From the sequence record NC_042098.1: DNA of 64,000 bases; one strand, 5' to 3'. The notes beneath the pieces are model-generated. The model was given only the letters and a program-made list of their open reading frames with translations, was not told the origin of the DNA and ran no database searches. Position numbers and translations under genes: made by a program. Position 1 is the first letter of the stretch. Every line of letters starts with the position of its first letter. Below, piece after piece: positions 44,276 to 51,756 of this stretch.

Positions 44276-45253
44276 TTAACCCGCTGTAGTTTGATCTGGG
44301 TAACCTCGACCTGTCCCCCAGACAATACGAACAATACCATCAGCACCACTACCTAACAAACTGGTGCCGTCACTCTTGTACTGACTTGCCCCGCCGCCTC
44401 CTGCGCCCCCGCCTGGAATCGCGGTAGGTATCCCCGCCCCTGATCCTGGCATATCCTTGATACGTCCTGTCGATTTAATTCCCCCGCCACCTCGACCAGT
44501 ATAGATCTTGGTAGTGCCTTGCGTCGTCAGGGTAACATTCCCGCCATAACCCGCTCCCGTATCCGCAGGGTTAGTGGGGGTTGCACCATAAGCACATCCT
44601 GTGCCGCCATCGCCCATGTAACCGCCTGCACCGCCACCGCCGACCGCACGTGTCGTTAATGACCCGGTGCCACCCTTTCCACCTGTACCACCCCCAACAA
44701 TAGGTTTGGTAGCAGGGTTCTGGATAGGGTTGTTCGCGATCCCGGCTAACACACCGCCGACGACATTTAACAGCCCGCCGACCAAACCGCCTACTAATCC
44801 CCCTACTATATCCACCAATACCAGATCCAGGAGATTACCGGAAAGTCCATTCGACTGCGGCATGACGGTAACTGCCGTGTTACCGGATGCGTCCTCCCCG
44901 CCACCCACTGCTTTTAACAGATAGGTGCCATTACGCGCTATTCCGGAGAAAGACCCTTTATTCGCTGTGAAGGCGGTTTTAACGGGTGTTGGTGTACCAA
45001 CCCCACCTTGCCCTACCACAACCGTCATCTTCTCACCAGGGGTCACAGGGATCGCATTACGGTAACGTAACGTTCCGCCATTCCCGCCGGTATGTACAAG
45101 GGTAGTGCTACTGGCTGATTGACCGCCACCTACTGCGACGGCACTCATACTTGTTGCCCCTTCTGGCACAATCAGTTCATACACCCCCGCCTTTGTGAAG
45201 AGCGTCTCCAAGGGTAACTTAATGTGTGTCTTGTTTAACAATAACCCAATCAT
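44276..45253 (-). CDS. Glycine-rich putative tail/virion protein
   Basis: VP.G...AVAVGGG, GGNGG.L.Y.N.I.VTPGE...VVVG.GG and GA.G.VRIVWG....P pattern of phage Gly-rich virion domains. Confidence 0.75.
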   Translation of the reverse strand: MIGLLLNKTHIKLPLETLFTKAGVYELIVPEGATSMSAVAVGGGQSASSTTLVHTGGNGGTLRYRNAIPVTPGEKMTVVVGQGGVGTPTPVKTAFTANKGSFSGIARNGTYLLKAVGGGEDASGNTAVTVMPQSNGLSGNLLDLVLVDIVGGLVGGLVGGLLNVVGGVLAGIANNPIQNPATKPIVGGGTGGKGGTGSLTTRAVGGGGAGGYMGDGGTGCAYGATPTNPADTGAGYGGNVTLTTQGTTKIYTGRGGGGIKSTGRIKDMPGSGAGIPTAIPGGGAGGGGASQYKSDGTSLLGSGADGIVRIVWGTGRGYPDQTTAG

Positions 45254-45310
45254 GCATCATCCTTCTAGAATGAGTACCTTGACGACCTACTCGCGTCATA
45301 GCATTCCAAC

Positions 45311-45354
45311 CGGCATAAGGGAGTGGATACCCTGACCGTAGCCAAGGCATCCAC
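45311..45354 (-). terminator. Hairpin + TTATGCCG element (minus strand) after the DNA polymerase gene
   Basis: CGGCATAA at 45311-45318, adjacent to a GTGGAT...ATCCAC stem. Confidence 0.6.
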
Positions 45355-45362
45355 GTGGTGCG

Positions 45363-47084
45363 TCAAGCCGCAGCCATGAAATCGATCTCGATATGTTTTT
45401 CTACCATGAAGTCTTTCAGTAACGTAATGGTCTCAGGTGCTTTGTACAACTTACGTGCAAGTTCACCGGCATTGTTCATACCACCGGCTGCCAGGTTAAC
45501 TGCTACCTGGCGATATTCCGTATCATCCAATCCTTCGATCTGGGTCATCTCAATCCAGGTGGTTTGTTTCCCCACATTCATGATGACCGTACCGGTCGGA
45601 TATGCCCCTTCTACGTCGATGTCGTTCGTACCTGTACGGACATAGGACTTGACGTTCGGCAGTTCTTTAAACATCGCTTTGCCGTTTAAGGCAACCAGCT
45701 CTGTTGGGAGCATAACGATCCAACCACCCAATCCCTGAATGTGATCATCCAGTTCGGTACGCATCTGATCCGATGTAGTACCCCAGATATACCCTTCTTT
45801 CATTACATCGTAATGCATCGCCTCAGCGATACGTGTCGGCTGCGATATAAAGTTACGGTAGTCTGACACCCCGCAGAACGTTGGAACCGCTACAGAGAGA
45901 TCTGAGGTCTTCTCGTCCATCATTTCAACCACGATGCAGTCGAAGATGTTATACATCACATATTCGTACTTGTAGTTGCTCTGCATGAACTCATGCCAGT
46001 CTGCCCCGTGGTACCCTTCAGCTTCACTGAACTTCATCTTGGTCACACCGAGTACTTTCTCAGCGATGTTATCCAGTTTGTAGTTCAGCTCTTTACCGTT
46101 CATGGTACGCAGGTAGTAATAGGCTGACATCGATTCAGCCCAACGGAACGACGCAGGGGCATTGACGTAAGGCCACTTCTCATAGTTAGCTAATGATGTC
46201 TTGGTGACTTCTTTGCCATCATTTTTTACTTTGTGGGTTTTGCCCTCGTAGTAATAAACGTTACGGTACTCTTGGGGTACCGAGGGATCGCAAATAACGT
46301 CAGCAGGGTTGATGCCGGCATTAGTTAATGTTTGGGTGAGAACCTTGTAGTCGAACTCGAGCACGTTCCAGCCAGTGATGAAATCGGGCATCCACTCATG
46401 GGCGCGTTCAAACAGTTTGACAAAGCCATCTGCAGCGCTGTCAACCAACACGAACTCTGGGTTGGTGATGCTGCGTTTGGTTGCCCACTCGCCCAGGTAT
46501 TTATCCCAGGCCAGTTTCAGCTTCTGATGAATACGTTCATCCGCTTCCCCGCCAAAGTAGCGACGGATCACAAAGGTAAAGGTGCGTTCTTTAAAGGTTA
46601 AGGATGCCATGATCGGCTCACCCTTATACCGCTCGTCTACCATTTCGGTTTCGATATCGAACACACTGATTTTGTACGGAGTAAAGGTATCAGGAAACTT
46701 CGCTTCGTACATCGCTTTGACAATCGAGGAGGGTTCGATGTCAGCGCCATACACGTACGGACTGCGACATACCCGACGCAGTTGCTGATCGGTGGCACCT
46801 TTTCCCAACATCTTTGAGATGTGGTTAGGAAGATCCCACTGCGGGCAACTGAACTTCTGCAGCTTGGACAGCTCTTCGTAATCTTTCTTATCCTGGTGAT
46901 TGCGGTACGCCGGTTTGGTGAGGTAGTAATCACGCTTCATGTCTTTGATGATGCGGGTGTGGGGTTTGCTGTTCCCGTTCTCGTCAATCACATTCTCTTT
47001 CACGAAGATGATGTCTGATTTGCCGCGCAGAGAAAGGGTATAGATCGCGTGCTTGCATTCGAAACGAAGGTTATTGCTGCTCAT
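45363..47084 (-). CDS. Family-B DNA polymerase, exonuclease/N-terminal half of the split phiKZ-type polymerase (gp82-like)
   Basis: ExoI FDIETE, ExoII TGWNVLEFD, ExoIII YNIFD and motif A DVEGAYP. The ORF ends before motifs B/C. Confidence 0.88.
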   Translation of the reverse strand: MSSNNLRFECKHAIYTLSLRGKSDIIFVKENVIDENGNSKPHTRIIKDMKRDYYLTKPAYRNHQDKKDYEELSKLQKFSCPQWDLPNHISKMLGKGATDQQLRRVCRSPYVYGADIEPSSIVKAMYEAKFPDTFTPYKISVFDIETEMVDERYKGEPIMASLTFKERTFTFVIRRYFGGEADERIHQKLKLAWDKYLGEWATKRSITNPEFVLVDSAADGFVKLFERAHEWMPDFITGWNVLEFDYKVLTQTLTNAGINPADVICDPSVPQEYRNVYYYEGKTHKVKNDGKEVTKTSLANYEKWPYVNAPASFRWAESMSAYYYLRTMNGKELNYKLDNIAEKVLGVTKMKFSEAEGYHGADWHEFMQSNYKYEYVMYNIFDCIVVEMMDEKTSDLSVAVPTFCGVSDYRNFISQPTRIAEAMHYDVMKEGYIWGTTSDQMRTELDDHIQGLGGWIVMLPTELVALNGKAMFKELPNVKSYVRTGTNDIDVEGAYPTGTVIMNVGKQTTWIEMTQIEGLDDTEYRQVAVNLAAGGMNNAGELARKLYKAPETITLLKDFMVEKHIEIDFMAAA

Positions 47085-47184
47085 GATGAATGATAATCCT
47101 ATGTCAAAACACTACAAAGTGCACCAGTGTTTAATACGCGTTATAACATCAGGCGTGCAACTACATTTATACAAAGGAGATCAC

Positions 47185-48447
47185 ATGATCCTATCTAGCG
47201 GTCTGGAAGCGATTAGCTTTCAAAAGAATCCGCTCTTTTACAAACAGCTGGTTGTCGAATTCGGCCGTCTGATGGAACTTGCTAAAGCCAATGGTAAGAA
47301 GCGCTTGACCGAAGAGATGATGGCGCAGTCTAACCTGGCAAAAATCACCATGGCGAACACCGGCATCAAAGTCTCGCCTGGGGTGGATACCCGCATGCAG
47401 TGTAATGCGTACGTTATGATTCCGAGCATCAACTCCTATCACGTCTTCAATGACCGCATGCGTCAGATCTTCTCAGGGTATGCCGAATCGTTTGAGCAGT
47501 TTCGTAAAGCCAACGATGTGTTGATTGGGTTGGTTGATCTGCAGAACTCCAAAGTGGGCGGGGTCTTCTCGACTATTGATCACCGCATCTGTCTGTCGTA
47601 CGATATGATGACCGACTATGACATGACCCCGGGTGAAGTCGCAGCCATTTACATGCATGAAGTCGGCCATGCCTTTACCTTCCTGGAGATGCTGCATTAT
47701 ACCGCTACCACCAACCTGGTGCTGACCGCTGGCATTGAAGCGATCATCAAATCAGAAACTTCTCGTAAGCATGTCATCTTAAGTGATATCGAAAACTCCT
47801 TAGGGATTAAGATTGATAATAAAGATGAACTGGTCGCTTACGACAAGTATGAAGATTATGCTGTCACGATCCTGTCGAAGTACAATCGCACCTTAGCTGC
47901 GGCCCTGGGTTCACCGGCACACGATGAATCGATGTCTGAGCAGATGGCAGATATGTTTGCCACCCGACATGGCGCGGGATTGGATCTGGCGCGGGGATTG
48001 TCCCGTATTCACAAATATTACAATTCACCGAAGTTTAAGTTTGCCCGCTATCTGGAGATCTTTGTCGGCATCCTGCAGACCATGGGCTTGTCCCTGGTGT
48101 TCGATGTGTTGGGAGTAATCGTTGTCCTGACTGTCGGTAACTTCTTTGGTGGGACGTATGACCGGGCGAAAGACCGTTTCATCCGCATGCGTAACGAAAT
48201 CGTGGTCGGCCTGAAAGATGAAGAGATCAGTGCAGCTGACCGCAAACTCTTGATCAGTCATATCGCCGAGCTGGACAAGATCATTGCCCAGGCCAAAAAC
48301 GAAAGCTCCTTTGTCGAGCAGTTGTCTCTGGTGGTGCGCGCCAGCCAGCGTGAGCGTTATGCCAGCAAGTACCTGCAAAAGGATCTTGAAGCCCTTCTTA
48401 ATAATCCGCTCTATGTCAGTGCGGCCAAACTGAAAACATTGCAATAA
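47185..48447 (+). CDS. Virion protein with HExxH/M48-like metallopeptidase motif (phiKZ gp84 position)
   Basis: AAGGAG SD before the ATG at 47185. N-terminal SGLE maturation site, YMHEVGH and EQMAD.FA. Confidence 0.7.
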   Translation: MILSSGLEAISFQKNPLFYKQLVVEFGRLMELAKANGKKRLTEEMMAQSNLAKITMANTGIKVSPGVDTRMQCNAYVMIPSINSYHVFNDRMRQIFSGYAESFEQFRKANDVLIGLVDLQNSKVGGVFSTIDHRICLSYDMMTDYDMTPGEVAAIYMHEVGHAFTFLEMLHYTATTNLVLTAGIEAIIKSETSRKHVILSDIENSLGIKIDNKDELVAYDKYEDYAVTILSKYNRTLAAALGSPAHDESMSEQMADMFATRHGAGLDLARGLSRIHKYYNSPKFKFARYLEIFVGILQTMGLSLVFDVLGVIVVLTVGNFFGGTYDRAKDRFIRMRNEIVVGLKDEEISAADRKLLISHIAELDKIIAQAKNESSFVEQLSLVVRASQRERYASKYLQKDLEALLNNPLYVSAAKLKTLQ

Positions 48448-48460
48448 GGATTCATCAGAA

Positions 48461-48967
48461 ATGATTATTGACGTAGCAGAATTAAAGAAACAGATCGTGT
48501 CGGTGCGTTCTATTGCAGAGATCCCAACTACCCTGCGTACTAAACTGATTGAAACCGGTCTGGCCCGTGCGGTAGCTTATGGTGTTGATCTGCCAAAAGA
48601 GCTGGTCGGCAACCCGGTCTCCTATTTCGCCAGCAACGCCACTGATGCTAAGCAGGCACTGGCGGTGATCAACGAAACCAACGTGATCAACATCTCCCGT
48701 ATCCTGTCACTCGCCACCATCATCTGGCAGGCACGCTACAACATGGTTTATCTGCCAGCCACTCGCGAGTCCATGGAGTTGACTCATCAGGTGTTGTCCG
48801 ATCAACGCGAATGGTTGTTCGATGCAGAGCAGCAGGATTTCCTGTCGGCGACCATTGGTGACGGCACGGTGCAAGACAGCCTGAAGCTGGCTCTGTTAAA
48901 CTTCACCTGCCCGGCTGTGATCAACCCTAACCAGGTAGCACCAGTCACCACCGCTGACGAGGAGTAA
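48461..48967 (+). CDS. Putative virion protein
   Basis: AAGGA SD; lies within the virion operon. Confidence 0.7.
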   Translation: MIIDVAELKKQIVSVRSIAEIPTTLRTKLIETGLARAVAYGVDLPKELVGNPVSYFASNATDAKQALAVINETNVINISRILSLATIIWQARYNMVYLPATRESMELTHQVLSDQREWLFDAEQQDFLSATIGDGTVQDSLKLALLNFTCPAVINPNQVAPVTTADEE

Positions 48968-48969
48968 TC

Positions 48970-50436
48970 ATGTCTATTGATCTGATCGCTTCCTTTATCG
49001 ACGATTCGGGCAATGTCCCGATGACGGCGCTGACCGTGGTAAAGAAAGAGAACGACGAAGCCAACGCACAACTGCCGAAACAGGTAGCGATGCTGAAAGC
49101 CTCTAACGAACGTATCGTTGAACTTCAGTCTGTGATTGAACGTGTGCGCCGTGAAGGCATGAGCCGTGAAGTCGCCGCGATTGTTGCCTCGATTGCACCC
49201 GAAGCGTTGCCGGTTGGCTACGGTGCTGAAGGTTTCACTGAGCAACCCTCAAAGCTTGGGATGGCTGCTGGTCTGGAATCGATCACCGCCTATGTGATTG
49301 ATGGTATCAAACGTCTGATCGCATTCCTGATTGATAAGGCCAAGAAAGCCGCTGCCTTTATTGTGGATCAGTATCGTCGTCTGACGGGCATTGCTCCCAC
49401 TGCGTACAAGATCGATCGGCGTGCTGCTTATCTTACGGCGATGTCTGCCCGGTTTGCTCAGCATTTCGGTACGGATCTGGCGACCCTGTTAGAGCAGGAT
49501 ATCAATGCCGGCTTTACCAGTATCGAAAGCACCCGCATGGTATTAAGCGGTATGTTTGCTGATGCGGAAGTGCTGCAGGCGGATCTGTCTAAATATGGCA
49601 AGCACATCAATGTCATGTCCAAACAGATCGAAGCGTTACTGGCAGATGCGCCAGCACGTGTGGTGCGGGTCAATGCGATTGTTAATGATGTCACGGTATC
49701 GCGCAATGGCAGCAACGATCGCAGTGCAGAGATCCTGCGTCTGATCGACACCCGTAACCTCGATGCCCTGGTCAGTACGTTGCGCAGCGTCAGTAAGTTA
49801 CTGGTCAGCAGCCCGATGTACAAATCCACTGGCACCGGTAAAGACGGCAAAATCAAACAGACTATCCTTGAGCAGTTAAACAGCGATGGTTTCCGTGAGA
49901 TGATGTCCGGCCTTTCCATGGCTGCTAATGCTGGCATGACCCACACCATGGACATGACCGATGCCTCGGCGATCATTCGTTCACGTAATCTGGCTGAGGC
50001 TGTTAAAGAGCTCACCAATTACGAAGAAGTGAAGAAGCGTTCATTGGATGACCTCAAGTCTGCTACTGGTTCGATCAACAGCAACAAATATGTGCAGGCC
50101 GCTGAACAGTCACCGGGTGATGACCCGACCATGGCAGCTGTGGTGCAGTTTAACCAATACTGGGATGATGTCACGACCGCCGTAAAAGTGGCACAGGACA
50201 TCACCACCGCCTACGCGGAGACGGTATTCAAACTGCAGCTGTTCTCGGTGCGTTGTCAAGACCTGGCGCTGGTACAGTGGTCCGCTAACCCAGCCAATGC
50301 CGGTCTGGCAGAAGCCAATGCGGCGACTGAACGTCTGCAGGCGGTGGTCAAGCAGTATCTGGATAAGGTCGTGAAGAACACCACGGGCTTGAAAGGTGCG
50401 CTGGATGACCTCGGCAAACTGGTCAATCAACTGTAA
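48970..50436 (+). CDS. Putative processed head protein
   Basis: GGAG SD; pro-region GMSREVA...GFTEQPS...AGLES. Confidence 0.7.
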   Translation: MSIDLIASFIDDSGNVPMTALTVVKKENDEANAQLPKQVAMLKASNERIVELQSVIERVRREGMSREVAAIVASIAPEALPVGYGAEGFTEQPSKLGMAAGLESITAYVIDGIKRLIAFLIDKAKKAAAFIVDQYRRLTGIAPTAYKIDRRAAYLTAMSARFAQHFGTDLATLLEQDINAGFTSIESTRMVLSGMFADAEVLQADLSKYGKHINVMSKQIEALLADAPARVVRVNAIVNDVTVSRNGSNDRSAEILRLIDTRNLDALVSTLRSVSKLLVSSPMYKSTGTGKDGKIKQTILEQLNSDGFREMMSGLSMAANAGMTHTMDMTDASAIIRSRNLAEAVKELTNYEEVKKRSLDDLKSATGSINSNKYVQAAEQSPGDDPTMAAVVQFNQYWDDVTTAVKVAQDITTAYAETVFKLQLFSVRCQDLALVQWSANPANAGLAEANAATERLQAVVKQYLDKVVKNTTGLKGALDDLGKLVNQL

Positions 50437-50445
50437 GGAAATCGC

Positions 50446-51702
50446 ATGGAATCCACATTACTTCAAACGATCAATGAAACCACGGAGTTGTGTGACTCTT
50501 TGATTTCGTTGTCACAACGTCTTGAGATGTTGGGTCCCATTGCTGCTGAGTCTGTTAACTTCGCAAAGATCCATGAATCGATTAACCTGAAGGTGGCGAA
50601 GATTGCTGCTTCGATGGAGTCGATTGAAGCTAACGGCATCAACCAGGAGGCAGTGTTAGAAATCAATACTGCCATGCCTGGTATCATTCCCAACACCATC
50701 CCTCTTAATGGATACACCAAAGCCCGCAGTCAGATGAATGTGGGGTTTGCCTTAGAGTCGTTGGAGTCAGGTAAAGCAGCAATGATCTCCGGTTCAGTAA
50801 CAGGGATCGTGGCCGTGATCGTCAAACTGTTTCGTTGGGTGGTCATGACCATCAAGCAGTATGTCAAATCACGCCGTGATGCGAACCGTCTCGGTGTCTC
50901 TGTGACACAAGCGCTGCAACGTGCGGGGACGATCAACGAATACCTGTTAGAACAGTTGGCGAAAACCCCTGAAGCCAAAGCCGCCCGTCCGGGCTTTGAA
51001 TGGTTGGTATCGATCTGGCGTCCGCAGGCTGGGATCTTTAAGTTCAATGAAGATGCACTGGTGCAGTGGTGGCCAGAGCTCGTCAATGAACTGGAGTACG
51101 AATACAACCAGATCAGCAAGGCGTTTGAAACACTGCGTGGCGGTGGGTCGTTTGTCCCGAACATTGCGAAAGCGCATCAGTCACCCTCCATGAAGCGTTT
51201 CTTTGAAGCCTTACCGCAAGGGACGGATCGTCAAGGGAATATCGTTGAGGTAGAGCTGGCGAAGAAGCAGTTCCAGGAGAACCCACAGCGTGCGTTGTTC
51301 CAACTGGCTGAGCGTCTGCGCTACATGATCATGCGTGAGCCTAAATCAAAAGGTACTGACTTTGGGCAAGAGCTGATCTCAGTAGGTCGCAGTATTGAAG
51401 CTTACACCAATGTGGATCGTCTGGTGTTTGATCAGCTGAATACCTACGACACCAACAACCGATTAGGGAAACTGGAAGAGGCGTTTGGTGCGTTGTATAA
51501 GCAAGTCCAAGCCACACGCTACACTGCAGACAAAGCCCTGGTTGATGAGTTCGTGGGTTACCTGAACCGTTATTCAGAAAAGCTTAACTGTTTCGTGCAA
51601 CTGATCACCATTGTGAGTTACCTGGATAGCTGTAGTTTCCAGATCCTTGACAATGTCTCCAAAGCCACCATGAAGTACGTTGATATTGCTGCCAGTAATT
51701 AA
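50446..51702 (+). CDS. Putative processed head protein
   Basis: AAGGA SD; pro-region ASME..GINQEA...GYT..RS...FALES. Confidence 0.7.
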   Translation: MESTLLQTINETTELCDSLISLSQRLEMLGPIAAESVNFAKIHESINLKVAKIAASMESIEANGINQEAVLEINTAMPGIIPNTIPLNGYTKARSQMNVGFALESLESGKAAMISGSVTGIVAVIVKLFRWVVMTIKQYVKSRRDANRLGVSVTQALQRAGTINEYLLEQLAKTPEAKAARPGFEWLVSIWRPQAGIFKFNEDALVQWWPELVNELEYEYNQISKAFETLRGGGSFVPNIAKAHQSPSMKRFFEALPQGTDRQGNIVEVELAKKQFQENPQRALFQLAERLRYMIMREPKSKGTDFGQELISVGRSIEAYTNVDRLVFDQLNTYDTNNRLGKLEEAFGALYKQVQATRYTADKALVDEFVGYLNRYSEKLNCFVQLITIVSYLDSCSFQILDNVSKATMKYVDIAASN

Positions 51703-51704
51703 AT

Positions 51705-51756
51705 CGGCATAAAGGCCTGGCCTTCCTTGCGGAGGGCCAGAGCCTTGCTTATGCCG
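51705..51756. terminator. Long bidirectional hairpin flanked by CGGCATAA and TTATGCCG
   Basis: CGGCATAA-AGGC-CTGGCCTTCC-ttgc-GGAGGGCCAG-a-GCCTT-GC-TTATGCCG. The right motif includes the stop codon of the convergent gene. Confidence 0.8.

Noticed and set aside
47053-47184. Track N-terminal extension of the virion metallopeptidase
   Set aside because: It overlaps the divergent DNA polymerase start. The strong SD and ATG are at 47185.
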